Origin: Syntrophales bacterium
GTDB lineage: Bacteria; Desulfobacterota; Syntrophia; Syntrophales; PHBD01
NCBI GenBank assembly: GCA_963668175.1
Contig: OY764159.1
Location: forward strand, 3,904,001-3,968,000
Length of the DNA: 64,000 nt
Direction of reading: 5' to 3'
The translations under genes and the position numbers were made by a program. Shown in pieces: positions 9,792-20,924 of this stretch (position 1 is the stretch's first letter; every line of letters begins with the position of its first letter). The notes under the pieces were generated by a model. That model was given only the letters and a program-made list of their open reading frames with translations. It did no database searches and was not told the origin of the DNA.

Positions 9792-10619
9792 ATGGGTCAG
9801 GAAATGCACAGCATCGAAGATGTCAGAAGCTATTGGGACAGCAGGCCGTGCAATATCCGTCATTCACGGCAGCAAGTTGGAACGGCCGAATATTTCAACG
9901 AAGTCGAGAAGCGGAAGTACTTTGTTGAGCCCCATATCGTCGATTTCGCCGACTTCGCCCGCTGGAAAGGCAAGAAAGTTCTGGAAATCGGCTGCGGGAT
10001 AGGCACGGACACCGTCAATTTCGCCCGGGCCGGAGCCTTGGTGACCGCAGTCGACCTGTCCAAGGAATCATTGGCCATCGCGCAAAAGAGGGCCGCCATC
10101 TTCGGATTAAACAATATCACTTTTTACTGTGCCGATGCGGAAAGACTGACTTCTGTGGTTCCGGTCGATGTCTACGACCTCGTGTATTCATTCGGCGTCA
10201 TCCATCATACGCCCCACCCTGAGGCCGTTATACGTGAGATCGGCAATTACATGGGACCCGACAGCATCTTTAAAATCATGGTATACAACCGCTTGTCATG
10301 GAAGGTTCTCTGGATACTCTTAAGCTACGGCAAAGGCGCCTTCTGGAAACTTGACGAATTGATAGCCCAAAATTCGGAAGCCCAGACCGGCTGTCCCGTA
10401 ACCTTCACCTATACAAGGCAGTCGGCCCGCAAGCTTTTGCACGGCTTCGCCGTTACCGATTGCCGCATCGACCACATCTTCCCATACCAGATATCCGAAT
10501 ACACGAACTACAGATATAAGAAGATCTGGTATTTCCGTTACATCCCTGCCCCGCTGTTCAGATGGATGGAGTCGCACTGGGGCTGGCATCTGTTGCTGAC
10601 GGCCAGGCGTCAGCAGTGA
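9792..10619 (+). CDS. Class I SAM-dependent methyltransferase
   Basis: VLEIGCGIG, VTAVDLS, YDLVYSFGVIHHTP; ATG 9792 follows the upstream stop. Confidence 0.9.
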   Translation: MGQEMHSIEDVRSYWDSRPCNIRHSRQQVGTAEYFNEVEKRKYFVEPHIVDFADFARWKGKKVLEIGCGIGTDTVNFARAGALVTAVDLSKESLAIAQKRAAIFGLNNITFYCADAERLTSVVPVDVYDLVYSFGVIHHTPHPEAVIREIGNYMGPDSIFKIMVYNRLSWKVLWILLSYGKGAFWKLDELIAQNSEAQTGCPVTFTYTRQSARKLLHGFAVTDCRIDHIFPYQISEYTNYRYKKIWYFRYIPAPLFRWMESHWGWHLLLTARRQQ

Positions 10620-10645
10620 ATCGTTAAGGCTGCAAACAAAAGACG

Positions 10646-12517
10646 ATGGAACAAAAACCGCTCGTATCGATTATCTGCACCTGTAAAAACGGCGCGAGGA
10701 CTATCCGTCGCTGCCTCGACAGTATCCTGGCCCAGGATTATCCGCATATTGAGATTATCGTTCAGGACGGCGTATCCACGGACGGCACCCTGGAAATACT
10801 GCACGGATATGGCGACAGGATCAAACTCGTTTCCGAACCCGATACCTGTTCATTCGACGGCTCTCTCAAAGCCATGAGGAGGTCCGCAGGCGATATCATC
10901 GGTTTTTGCCTCGCCGACGAGGAATATCTTCCTCACGCCGTTTCCTGGGCGGTCGATAACCTGAAAGCGCATCCCGATACCGGCGCCATCTATGGTGATT
11001 ACTACACAAGCGACATCGAGGGAAATATCATCTCGGCCAATACCGCACAACCTTTCACGCTAGAAGACTATATCTGCCACCGGGTCGTGCCGCCTTTCTG
11101 CTCCAGTTTCTTCAGGAAAGCGTGCATGGAGGCCGTCGGTCTTCACGACCACGAGTGGAGTTACGACTGCGGCGAGTTCGAAATCTGGACTAGGCTCGGG
11201 CTGAAGTACCCTATCCGATACGTCCCCGGCTTAATATCCAAGTTTGCGGAACATCATGGAGGGGGAACGAGTCAGACATCTCTGTACTATTCGCAGACAC
11301 CCGGTAGATACAGGATGCTGAATCTTCTGCTGGACGACCCCGCGACACCCGATCATATTCGTGTTTTAAAATCCGAAGCCTTTGCCGGGCTGCATCTGTG
11401 GATTGCAAACGCCTTCACCGGCATCCGGGTTTGGGAGGAAGCAAGGGAACAAGTATTAAAAGCCCTTGAGTTCGAACCCCAACCGGCGCAATTGGGCACG
11501 ATGCTCCAGGTGCTGGGCAAGCATGGCGTAGAGCTTCTCAGGGAGGGAAAGCCGCAGGACGCCTTGTCGTTCTTCGATATCTCTCTGGTCGCGCCGTTCC
11601 CGTACCTGCAATATTTCAGGGCCATTGCCCTGATGTCGCTTACGCGCTACACTGAGGCACAGGAGGCCGTTCAGGCAGAACTGGTTATTCAGCCCCATAA
11701 CCAGGATGTGATCAACATCGCCTCGACGATCGCCCGGCATCTTCCCAAAGAAAGAACTAGGATGGAGGAGGTCTCACGACCAACGAACGGTCAGGAAGAA
11801 TATCCGTTTTCCCGCTGGATAGATCGTATCGCCCGCGCCGAAAACAGGCTTTACTATCGCGATCAGACGCCGGCTTCCCTCCGGAATCTCTATCACACGG
11901 CGAAGCAGGTAAAACCGACCAAAATCGTCGAGCTTGGCACACTCTCGGGATTGTCCTTGCGGACGTGGCTGCTGGCCGCGGATCGGAATGCAAAGATACT
12001 GGCGGTCGATCTCTCCTTCAGGGCGCTTCACGATTCCGCGAAGATCATTCCCATAGATATTGAGCGGGTCATTCTCATCGAAAGAGATATTCTCGCCCTG
12101 AATCTCGCCGATCTCTGGAATCGCGAAGACAGGGTGCTCCTTTATATCGACGCGCATGATCTGCCCGACGTTCCCATCATGGAACATGTCCTGCAAAGCG
12201 GCATCCCGACCCTTCCCCCCGGAAGCATGGTCATGGTGGACGATCTCTGGTACAGCCCCGACACCTTGACGGAAGAAAATGCGGGACAGTTCTTCTCCGA
12301 TGTCGTCATCCATGAAATCGATCCCCTGCAATGCTTCGACGGTTACTATGCGTCTTACTGGAAAGGCGGATATTTCCTCGGTTTCATGGAGGTCGTTCCG
12401 CTTTTACAGTGGGTGAACGACCGTAAGATCGATTTGATTATCTCCCCCGGTGTCAAATCCGTGGCCTTCACCGTAGATAATGAAAAGTTTCCGTCTTCTT
12501 CTGAAGGACGGCGATGA
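10646..12517 (+). CDS. GT2 glycosyltransferase - TPR-like - class I methyltransferase fusion
   Basis: PLVSII..QDYPHIEIIVQDGVSTDGT (GT2), a central helical TPR-like segment, and C-terminal IVELGTLSGLS..LYIDAH..VMVDD (Methyltransf_24-like). Confidence 0.8.
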   Translation: MEQKPLVSIICTCKNGARTIRRCLDSILAQDYPHIEIIVQDGVSTDGTLEILHGYGDRIKLVSEPDTCSFDGSLKAMRRSAGDIIGFCLADEEYLPHAVSWAVDNLKAHPDTGAIYGDYYTSDIEGNIISANTAQPFTLEDYICHRVVPPFCSSFFRKACMEAVGLHDHEWSYDCGEFEIWTRLGLKYPIRYVPGLISKFAEHHGGGTSQTSLYYSQTPGRYRMLNLLLDDPATPDHIRVLKSEAFAGLHLWIANAFTGIRVWEEAREQVLKALEFEPQPAQLGTMLQVLGKHGVELLREGKPQDALSFFDISLVAPFPYLQYFRAIALMSLTRYTEAQEAVQAELVIQPHNQDVINIASTIARHLPKERTRMEEVSRPTNGQEEYPFSRWIDRIARAENRLYYRDQTPASLRNLYHTAKQVKPTKIVELGTLSGLSLRTWLLAADRNAKILAVDLSFRALHDSAKIIPIDIERVILIERDILALNLADLWNREDRVLLYIDAHDLPDVPIMEHVLQSGIPTLPPGSMVMVDDLWYSPDTLTEENAGQFFSDVVIHEIDPLQCFDGYYASYWKGGYFLGFMEVVPLLQWVNDRKIDLIISPGVKSVAFTVDNEKFPSSSEGRR

Positions 12518-12588
12518 CGGATCATATCTGCGCCCCGGGTGCGTATTCATCCAACCTGAGTTCATCCCGATTTGCATAAGATAACATC

Positions 12589-15500
12589 ATGATAACAGGC
12601 AAGATCGTCTATAATCCCGTTGGATTCTTTTCCGTTCACGGCGATCCCGATTCACCTGCGAACCGCGACGCGGAGGAAATGTGCCGTCTGGGCATTCATT
12701 TCTTCAATGCCGGCGCTTTGCAGGAATCGATCAACCACTTTATCCGGGCCGTCAATCTCAATCCCGCCATCAGCGGCGCGTACTACGCTATCGCCGTCTG
12801 TCTGGTCAAGGCCAATCAGTGGGACGAGGCGGAAACGTTCCTCAAGCATGAATTGAACCTGTCCGAGCCCCATCCCGGAGCGAGCAACCTCCTTGCTGAC
12901 CTTCGTCGCAAGAAACGTCCGGCGGCCGGAAAAGGCGAGACAGGGACGCTCACGATCTTCACGATACCCAAGGCCTTTGAGGGCCATATCGCGACCATCC
13001 AGATCAACGCCATCAAGAGCTGGCTGGAGCTGGAACCCAGGCCGCACATCATTCTCTTCGGCGACGAAAAAGGAACCGGAGAAATCGCCGGCCGGTTCGG
13101 CCTCAGGCACATCGCCCAGGTGAAAGCGAACGAATACGGAACGCCGCTCGTAAGCGAGATATTCGAGAAAGCCCAGGAAGAAGCCGTCTCTGAACTCATC
13201 GCCTACGTGAATACCGACATCATCCTGTTCCAGGACTTCGTATCCGGCCTGGCCAAAATTCCCCGGAACATAGGAACGTATCTCGTCGTGGGGAGGCGAT
13301 ACGACATCGGCATATGGGACACCCTCGATTTCACGGAACCCGGACTGCAGTCGTTGCTCATGGACCTTGTTCGTTCGGAGGGATTGCTCCACGCCAGTAC
13401 CGGGATCGACTATTTCGTTTTCAGCAACGGACTCTACAGTTACATCCCTCCTCTCGCTGTCGGGCGGACGGCGTGGGACAACTGGCTCATCTGGGGCGCT
13501 CGACGCTATGGCGCAAGGATCATCGATGCCACGGCCGCCATCACCGCCATCCACCAGGACCACGATTACAATCATTCCTCCGGCGGATTCCGTCAGATAT
13601 GGTTTGGGAAAGAGGCACAAATCAACCGCGATCTGGCAGGCGGCAACATCCTGACCATCAATGATGCCGAATTGTCGCTGACTGAAGATGGTCAGGTTGT
13701 GCCCCGCACTCCCGCGGACAACCTCCCCGAACCGGAGATCCGGGATTACATCGCCCTCAAGCTGACCCAGGCCAAAGGGGCCATGGAGAGAAATCTCTAT
13801 CGGCAGGCCAGCGATCTTCTGGAATATATCGACATTCATCTGAACGGCCAGGCAGCCCCGGAATCGCTCTCACTCCTCAAATCACTGATCTCGTATATCA
13901 GCGGCGATGACGCCAGAGGACGGGAATACCTGCATGTTGAGTTTGAACATTATCCCGGCAACGCCGATATTCAACCGTACGAGGGAATGCTGAAATCCGG
14001 CGGTTCCGTACCGGATACGGAATCGGTCCTTAAGCCGGGCTTTCTGCACATCCTCACCGGAATGATCCAGGCCAACCGAAGAAGCGAATCGCGCAGGGGC
14101 AATACGATCCTCTTCATCAACACCTACTACCCGGATTTCATCGACAGCCACTATCGGCGGAACCCCGGCCTATCCGATTCGTCGTATGATGTGCAGAAGA
14201 ACTCACTGGAGAATGCCTGTTTCGGCGACAGCGACTTCTATTCCCGCGGCATCGGGCAGGCCGGCTGGAAGGCCGACGATCTCATCGTCAACTGCCTGCC
14301 TCTGCAACAGGCCTGGGCTCGGGAAAACGGTTTCGCCTTCCAGAATTTTCTGGATATCGCCATTGAACAGGTGAGGCGCGTACAACCCGATGTCGTCTAC
14401 CTTCAGGACCTGACCTTGGCCAACGCAGCGTTTCTCGGAGCTATCCGTCCCCATGTAAAAATGATCGCCGGCCAGATCGGATCGAAGATTCCCGAACAGG
14501 CCCTTCTTTCGGAGTTCGATGTCATCTTCACCTCGTTCCCTCATTTCGTTGCACCTTTGCGGAAGAAGGGCTTGACGACCTACTACCAGCCCCTGGCCTT
14601 TCCGGAACATGTCCTGCGGCGTCCGGTGAGTGCGGAGCGCATGCATCCCGTCACTTTCGTAGGCAGTTTGGTCGGTTCCCACACCTGGCTCAAGGGAGCG
14701 GAACTCCTTCAAATCCTTTGCAGCAGCAATCTGCCCATTTCCCTCTGGGGTTACGGCATTGAGGATCATGCCGCCGATTCCCCTGTACGGGCGGCCTATC
14801 GTGGAGAGGCCTGGGGCGGCGATATGTTCGACATCTTCAGGCAATCGAAAATCACCGTCAACAGGCACGGGGAGATTGCCGAAAGCTTCGCCAACAACAT
14901 GCGCCTTTTCGAGGCCACGGGTTGCGGCGCTCTGCTGATCACCGATTATAAGGACAATCTCAACGACCTCTTAGAAATCGGCAAGGAAGTCGTGGCTTAC
15001 CGTTCCCCCGAGGAATGTGTAGCCCTTATCCGTTATTACCTGGCCCATCCCGAAGAAGGCGAAGCCATTGCCCGCGCCGGCCAGGCCAGGACACTTCGCG
15101 ACCACGCCTATGAGACCAAAATGGAGCAAACGGCGGATATCCTGCAAAGGCACCTCCGCTACGGGGAAGAGCGAGACCGCTACCCGGCTGTCGACCACTC
15201 CCGGATATCCTACGGCCATAGTCCCATTTCTCCCGAGGCGGTTACGACCCGAATGACATCGGCCTGGCGGGACGAAAAGATTCCCGAGAGACAGCGGGCT
15301 CTGGTGCAGGAGGAACTGGCGGCCATGTACAAGGGGAATGCGGCCGCCTCATTCCAATCCCTGGCGGATATCCTGAAACCCTACGCGGCGCCTCGAAGCG
15401 CCATACTGGAAATCGGCTGCGCCAGCGGATACGGATACGAAATACTCTCGTATCTGCTCAACCTGCCGCTACAATACACGGGCGTTGACTATTCGGAGGC

Positions 15501-15894
15501 CATGATCGCCATGGCGAAGGACTATTATCCCCGGGTCCGTTTCTTCGCGGCAGACGGTGCAAATCTATTCTTTGCCGACCGGCAATTCCCGATCGTCATC
15601 TCGTCCTGCATCCTGCTTCATACGCCAAACTATCGCGAGCATATCTTCGAGACGGTGCGTGTCGCCGACAAGTACGTGGTTGCCTACCGGACACCCGTAT
15701 GCCGGCGGTCGCCGACCCGCTATATGAAAAAGTATGCCTACGGCGTGGAAACCGTCGAGATCGCCTTCCAGGAGGCTGCCTTTATCAAGGAGTTTCAAGC
15801 GCAGGGCATGAAGCTTCTTGATCAGAGAATGTACAACGCCGATCCGGCCCAAGACAGTTATCAGGTGACTTATCTCTTTCAACGGATCCCATAA
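12589..15894 (+). CDS. Multidomain TPR / GT-A-like / GT-B (CgeB, Glyco_trans_1_2-like) / methyltransferase protein
   Basis: N-terminal TPR; IFTIPKAF..YVNTD..GRTAWDNW domain; NMRLFEATGCGALLITD..IARAGQARTLRDHAY (CgeB-like GT-B); C-terminal ILEIGCASG..YTGVDYS methyltransferase. Confidence 0.8.
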   Translation: MITGKIVYNPVGFFSVHGDPDSPANRDAEEMCRLGIHFFNAGALQESINHFIRAVNLNPAISGAYYAIAVCLVKANQWDEAETFLKHELNLSEPHPGASNLLADLRRKKRPAAGKGETGTLTIFTIPKAFEGHIATIQINAIKSWLELEPRPHIILFGDEKGTGEIAGRFGLRHIAQVKANEYGTPLVSEIFEKAQEEAVSELIAYVNTDIILFQDFVSGLAKIPRNIGTYLVVGRRYDIGIWDTLDFTEPGLQSLLMDLVRSEGLLHASTGIDYFVFSNGLYSYIPPLAVGRTAWDNWLIWGARRYGARIIDATAAITAIHQDHDYNHSSGGFRQIWFGKEAQINRDLAGGNILTINDAELSLTEDGQVVPRTPADNLPEPEIRDYIALKLTQAKGAMERNLYRQASDLLEYIDIHLNGQAAPESLSLLKSLISYISGDDARGREYLHVEFEHYPGNADIQPYEGMLKSGGSVPDTESVLKPGFLHILTGMIQANRRSESRRGNTILFINTYYPDFIDSHYRRNPGLSDSSYDVQKNSLENACFGDSDFYSRGIGQAGWKADDLIVNCLPLQQAWARENGFAFQNFLDIAIEQVRRVQPDVVYLQDLTLANAAFLGAIRPHVKMIAGQIGSKIPEQALLSEFDVIFTSFPHFVAPLRKKGLTTYYQPLAFPEHVLRRPVSAERMHPVTFVGSLVGSHTWLKGAELLQILCSSNLPISLWGYGIEDHAADSPVRAAYRGEAWGGDMFDIFRQSKITVNRHGEIAESFANNMRLFEATGCGALLITDYKDNLNDLLEIGKEVVAYRSPEECVALIRYYLAHPEEGEAIARAGQARTLRDHAYETKMEQTADILQRHLRYGEERDRYPAVDHSRISYGHSPISPEAVTTRMTSAWRDEKIPERQRALVQEELAAMYKGNAAASFQSLADILKPYAAPRSAILEIGCASGYGYEILSYLLNLPLQYTGVDYSEAMIAMAKDYYPRVRFFAADGANLFFADRQFPIVISSCILLHTPNYREHIFETVRVADKYVVAYRTPVCRRSPTRYMKKYAYGVETVEIAFQEAAFIKEFQAQGMKLLDQRMYNADPAQDSYQVTYLFQRIP

Positions 15895-15902
15895 GGAGCA
15901 TT

Positions 15903-16577
15903 ATGTTCTGGAATGACATCCTGCTTGTAACCGAACAGATTGAAAAATACGGTCTGAGAAAACCTTTCGTCGATCTGGGCGGGATGGAACGGCCATGCAT
16001 TGCCGATTACGACCTGACCATCATGACGGGCGACCAGAACGCCCGGTACGTATTCCTGAACCAGAGACCCTTCGACCACATCGACAATAGTTACACGATT
16101 CTGAACCCCGACAAGGGCGATCCGCTCATCGAGGATCTCCCGTACCATTACGCCAATACATTCGGAACGGCCTCTTGCCTGAACGTCCTCGAACACGTGC
16201 AGAACCCCTTTCGCGTCTTCTCCGCTCTCCATCAGATCATGAAGCGAAACAGTCTGCTTATTATCGAAACGGTCTTCTCGTTTCCCTATCACCCTTCGCC
16301 CCTGGATTACTGGCGCTATTCACCGGACTGCCTTCGTTACCTGAGCGAATTTGCCGGTTTCACCGTCCTGGAATGCGACTGGCGGATGACCATCCCGGCG
16401 GACAAAGGCATCCGCAATACAGCGCCCGGAGTTGACGAACCCCAGGAAATCCGCTCCGTGTATGTCACCCTGACAAAGGGAGCGTTTTCTGCGGCACCGG
16501 GAGCGAAATACCCGCTTCCCCGGCGTCTATCGACCAATGAAAAGGCCAATCAATATTTTGCGGGGGAAAGGTCATGA
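15903..16577 (+). CDS. Methyltransferase type 11-like protein
   Basis: CLNVLEHVQNP..FSFPYHPSPLDYWRYS motif; AGGAG RBS. Confidence 0.7.
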   Translation: MFWNDILLVTEQIEKYGLRKPFVDLGGMERPCIADYDLTIMTGDQNARYVFLNQRPFDHIDNSYTILNPDKGDPLIEDLPYHYANTFGTASCLNVLEHVQNPFRVFSALHQIMKRNSLLIIETVFSFPYHPSPLDYWRYSPDCLRYLSEFAGFTVLECDWRMTIPADKGIRNTAPGVDEPQEIRSVYVTLTKGAFSAAPGAKYPLPRRLSTNEKANQYFAGERS

Positions 16578-17572
16578 CCTTCAAAACGAAGCGTATTCTC
16601 ATCACCGGAGGATTAGGCTTTATCGGCACCAACCTGGCCATCCGCCTGGTCGAAGCCGGCGCCCTGGTAACGGTTGTGGACAGCCTGATCCCGGAATACG
16701 GGGGGAACCTCTGGAATATCGAACCGATCAAAGACAAGGTGAAGGTCAATATCTCCGACGTCAGGGACGAACATTCCATGAAGTATCTCGTTCAGGACCA
16801 TGACTATCTCTTTAACCTGGCGGGACAGACAAGCCATCTCGATTCCATGACCGATCCCTACGCCGATCTCGAAATCAACGCCCGTGCCCAGCTGTATATC
16901 CTTGAAGCATGCCGGAGACATAATCCCGGAATAAAGATTGTCTTTGCGAGCACCAGACAGCTGTATGGAAAGCCGGAGCACCTGCCGGTGGACGAACGCC
17001 ATCCCCTTCGTCCGATAGATGTCAACGGCATCAACAAGATGGCCGGGGAATGGTATCATCTGGTCTACAACAACGTGTACGGAATCCGCGCGTCCGTGCT
17101 GCGCCTCACCAACACCTACGGTCCGAGAATGCGGGTCAAGGACGCCCGACAGACCTTCCTCGGCATCTGGATTCGCCGCCTTGTCGAGGGAAAGACCATC
17201 CTGGTCTACGGGGACGGCAAGCAGGTCCGAGATTTCAATTACATCGACGATGTCGTCCAGGCACTCCTTCTGGCGGCGGCTTCCGAGGACGCCAACGGCG
17301 AAGTCTTCAACCTGGGCGCCGACGATCCGATCTCGCTGAAAGATACGGCAGACCTGTTGATAGCCATCAACGGCGGCGGAAGATATGATTTGACGCCTTT
17401 CCCGGAGGATAGGAAAGTCATCGACATCGGCGATTACTACGGCGACTACCGGAAGATTCGCAGCAGGCTTGGCTGGAAGCCCTCCGTCCCCCTCGCGGAA
17501 GGACTTCAAAAGACCATCGCCTACTACCGGGAACATTTCGCCCACTACTGGAATGCGGAGCAAGATGCCTGA
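16574..17572 (+). CDS. NAD-dependent sugar epimerase/dehydratase (extended SDR)
   Basis: [45 protein letters not shown] overlap. Confidence 0.9.
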   Translation: MTFKTKRILITGGLGFIGTNLAIRLVEAGALVTVVDSLIPEYGGNLWNIEPIKDKVKVNISDVRDEHSMKYLVQDHDYLFNLAGQTSHLDSMTDPYADLEINARAQLYILEACRRHNPGIKIVFASTRQLYGKPEHLPVDERHPLRPIDVNGINKMAGEWYHLVYNNVYGIRASVLRLTNTYGPRMRVKDARQTFLGIWIRRLVEGKTILVYGDGKQVRDFNYIDDVVQALLLAAASEDANGEVFNLGADDPISLKDTADLLIAINGGGRYDLTPFPEDRKVIDIGDYYGDYRKIRSRLGWKPSVPLAEGLQKTIAYYREHFAHYWNAEQDA

Positions 17573-18677
17573 ATTTATCCCCGTCGCCAATCCTCAGGCC
17601 CAGTTCGCTGTCCGGGAAGGGGTCATCCGCAAGGCGATAGACCGGGTATTGACTCGGGGACGTTATATCCTGGGGGAGGAAGTCGCGCGGTTTGAAGAGG
17701 AGTTTGCCTCGTTTCTGGGCGCGAACTTCTGCATCGGCGTCGCAAGCGGCACGGACGCCCTTATCCTGGCGCTTAAGGCCTGCGGTATAGGACCGGGGGA
17801 TGAAGTCGTCACGGTTTCCCATTCCGCCGTCGCTACCGTCGCCGCTATCGACCTGGCCGGAGCGATACCTGTCTTCGCCGATATCGAGCCGAAAACGCGA
17901 TGCATGAATCCGGAAGCGCTGCCCTATCTTATCTCCGACAAGACCCGGGCGATACTGCCCGTCCATATTTACGGCCAGCCGGCGGCCATGGATCAAATTC
18001 TCGCCGTTGCCCGGCGATTCAACCTCAAAATAATAGAAGACTGCGCACAAGCCCACGGGGCGGAAACAGACGGAAGGAAAGCGGGAACATGGGGAGATGC
18101 AGCGGCCTTCAGCTTCTATCCGACGAAAAACCTCGGTGCCCTAGGTGACGGCGGCGCCGTCGTCACCGACTCGCCGGCAATCGCCGCCCATGTCCGGGAA
18201 TTGAGGGAATACGGATGGCGGGAGCGGTACGTGAGTTCCGTCCCCGGCATGAATTCCCGCCTCGACGAAATCCAGGCGGCAATCCTCAGGGTGAAACTGC
18301 CGTTTCTTTCTCAGGACAACGGCAGGCGGCGGGAGATCGCTGGTATCTTCAATGAAGCGATCAAGGACACGGATATTACCGGACCTTTTCTCATTCCGGG
18401 CACAACCCACGCCATGCATCTCTACGTGGTCGAATGCGGACGCAGGAAATCTCTGCAGGATCACCTGCAGAAGGCCGGTGTCGGAACGGCCTGCCACTAT
18501 CCCTGCGCCATCCACCAGCAGCCGGCTTACCGCGATCGCATCCGCGGCTGCGACCGCCTTCAGCATACCGAACAATTCTACACACGGCTCCTGTCGCTGC
18601 CGATGTATCCGGAATTGACCGACGCCGAGGTGGAACATATCAGCGATACATTGAGAAAATGGAACGGACGGACCTAA
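17565..18677 (+). CDS. DegT/DnrJ/EryC1/StrS sugar aminotransferase
   Basis: [32 protein letters not shown] (PLP Lys present), [13 protein letters not shown] 17565 overlaps the upstream gene end. Confidence 0.92.
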   Translation: MPEFIPVANPQAQFAVREGVIRKAIDRVLTRGRYILGEEVARFEEEFASFLGANFCIGVASGTDALILALKACGIGPGDEVVTVSHSAVATVAAIDLAGAIPVFADIEPKTRCMNPEALPYLISDKTRAILPVHIYGQPAAMDQILAVARRFNLKIIEDCAQAHGAETDGRKAGTWGDAAAFSFYPTKNLGALGDGGAVVTDSPAIAAHVRELREYGWRERYVSSVPGMNSRLDEIQAAILRVKLPFLSQDNGRRREIAGIFNEAIKDTDITGPFLIPGTTHAMHLYVVECGRRKSLQDHLQKAGVGTACHYPCAIHQQPAYRDRIRGCDRLQHTEQFYTRLLSLPMYPELTDAEVEHISDTLRKWNGRT

Positions 18678-20863
18678 TGCGGACCTACTGCACCTACTTC
18701 GACAGAAACTATCTCTTCAAGGCCGCAGCCTTGATCGATTCTTTGAATAGCCACGAAAAGCGTCCCTTTCAGATTCTCGCCGTCTGTCTCGATGAAATCT
18801 CGCGCACGATTCTCGAAAGAATGCATCTGCCGAACGTCGTCGCCGTCCCGATACACCTTCTTGAAGAACGCGACGAACCGCTTCTGGAAGCGAAGAAGAA
18901 CAGGAGTCTCGTCGAGTATTACTTCACGCTCACGCCGACAGTCATTCTCCGCCTCATGGAACGATTCACGCTCGAAGAGATCACCTACGTCGACGCCGAC
19001 CTTTATTTCTTTTCGTCACCCGATCCTATCTTTGATGAATTCGAAGGACACTCCGTCCTGATCCACGAACATCGTTTTTCTCCGCGGCACCGTCACCGGA
19101 TTATCTACGGAAAGTATAACGTCGGGCTCCTCTGTTTCCGCAACGACGAGAAGGGGCTCACTGTCCTGAAATGGTGGCGGGACCGCTGCATCGAGTGGTG
19201 TTACGCGAGACTGGAGGACGGTAAGTACGCCGATCAGCTCTACCTGGACGACTGGACGGAGAGATTTGAGGGTGTACGGGTCCTGGAGAACATCGGCGCC
19301 GGCGTCGCCCCGTGGAATCACGATCAGTATGTTTTCCGTCGGGACGGCGCGGGCGAAATCCTTGTCGGCGGCAAGCCCCTCATTTTCTATCACTATCACG
19401 CCCTGCTCATGATCAATCCCGACGTGATGGTGCTGGACAAGTTTCACGTCTACGCCATGGATGAAGAGATGCTGCCTCTTTTGTTTCGCCCTTACATCCA
19501 TGCCCTTTCCCACAGCGTCGAGGCGGTGAAAGTGATTCTGCGCGATTTCGATTTCGGATTCGATCGGCAGACGCCTATCCAGAGTACGACGTCATTTGCG
19601 GCCAGGAAATCATTCGTGGCTCAGTTGCCCGAGACAACCGTATTCCCCCAGAAAGAGATCGATCTAGACGATGATTGGCGAGGTTTCCTCGCCGTTCCGG
19701 CCATGATGGTCAACGTCGTCCTTCCGTCATCGCCGCCGAAGATTTCCATCGTTACGCCGTCTCTCAACAGCGGCCCCTTCATCGAGGAATGCATCGATTC
19801 GGTCCTCTCCCAGAAATATCCGAATCTGCAATTCGTCATCATGGACGGGGGCAGTGAGGACGATACGGTCCGGATCATCAGGAAATACGAAAAACATATC
19901 TCCTTCTGGCAGAGCCGGAAGGATGATGGAGGACCATATGCCGCCGTTGCCGAAGGCTACGGGCACACAGACGGCGAAATCATGACATGGCTCGATGCCT
20001 GCGACAAATTCCAGCCGAACGCCTTTACGACCGTTTCCAGCATCTTTTCTCAATATCCCGATATTCGCTGGATCACGGGGAGACCCAACGGTTTCGATGG
20101 AAGAGGCGGGAATTTATGGGCGACCCATCCCCTGCCCGTCTGGTCCCGCGAACTTATATTGAAGCGGCGAACAAACAATCCCCTGATTCAGCAGGCCGGT
20201 ACGTTTTGGAGACGCACTCTCTGGGACAGGGCCGGGGCCGCGCTGAATCGTGACATGACGTATGCGGCGGATTTTGATCTGTGGCTGCGCTTTTTCCGCT
20301 ACGCTCAGTTATATACCGTCGATGCGCTGTTGGCCGGCGTTCGCGCTTATTCTGAAAGGAATGCATTGCGCTTCCTTAATGAATATCTCGCCGAAGCGGA
20401 AAAACGGCTCGCAGGAGAAAGGGCTTTGAGGCAGCAGGAAGGCGATGATTCTATCGTGCCGGCCGCTCCCTTTATCATGGTTCACTGGGAACAGGGAAAC
20501 ACAGCCAAGACATTGAACGAAATGGGTGAGGATCTCTATCAGGCGGGGGATATCGACAAGGCCATGGCCGTATTCCGCCAGGCGGTGGATGAGAGTCGCG
20601 ACGCAGCGGCCGCCCACAACAACCTGGGGGTAATCTACTGGCAGAAGGGTGAAAAGGAGAAGGCGTTGCGGCACCTTGCAGCAGCCGTTGGAGAACCGCC
20701 CTCGTATAAGCCGGCTTTCATCAATTATTCCCGCATGTTGATATCTTTGAACCGTGCGAATGATGCCCGGTCGGTTTGCTCGGCTTACCTGCAAGAGCAC
20801 CCGAATGATAACGACATCATGAGCATCATCCGGGAGATCAATCCTCCCAATTTGGTTGAATAA
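18677..20863 (+). CDS. Dual glycosyltransferase (GT-A-like + GT2) with C-terminal TPRs
   Basis: YCTYFDRNY..TYVDADLYFF..YADQLYLDDW domain; KISIVTPSLN..MDGGSED GT2; C-terminal AHNNLGVIY TPRs; TAATG overlap at 18675-18679. Confidence 0.8.
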   Translation: MRTYCTYFDRNYLFKAAALIDSLNSHEKRPFQILAVCLDEISRTILERMHLPNVVAVPIHLLEERDEPLLEAKKNRSLVEYYFTLTPTVILRLMERFTLEEITYVDADLYFFSSPDPIFDEFEGHSVLIHEHRFSPRHRHRIIYGKYNVGLLCFRNDEKGLTVLKWWRDRCIEWCYARLEDGKYADQLYLDDWTERFEGVRVLENIGAGVAPWNHDQYVFRRDGAGEILVGGKPLIFYHYHALLMINPDVMVLDKFHVYAMDEEMLPLLFRPYIHALSHSVEAVKVILRDFDFGFDRQTPIQSTTSFAARKSFVAQLPETTVFPQKEIDLDDDWRGFLAVPAMMVNVVLPSSPPKISIVTPSLNSGPFIEECIDSVLSQKYPNLQFVIMDGGSEDDTVRIIRKYEKHISFWQSRKDDGGPYAAVAEGYGHTDGEIMTWLDACDKFQPNAFTTVSSIFSQYPDIRWITGRPNGFDGRGGNLWATHPLPVWSRELILKRRTNNPLIQQAGTFWRRTLWDRAGAALNRDMTYAADFDLWLRFFRYAQLYTVDALLAGVRAYSERNALRFLNEYLAEAEKRLAGERALRQQEGDDSIVPAAPFIMVHWEQGNTAKTLNEMGEDLYQAGDIDKAMAVFRQAVDESRDAAAAHNNLGVIYWQKGEKEKALRHLAAAVGEPPSYKPAFINYSRMLISLNRANDARSVCSAYLQEHPNDNDIMSIIREINPPNLVE

Positions 20864-20924
20864 CCCGCCGACATGTGATAATACTTAGCTTGTGTGATAC
20901 ACTCATCCGGAAAGGAGAAGACCT

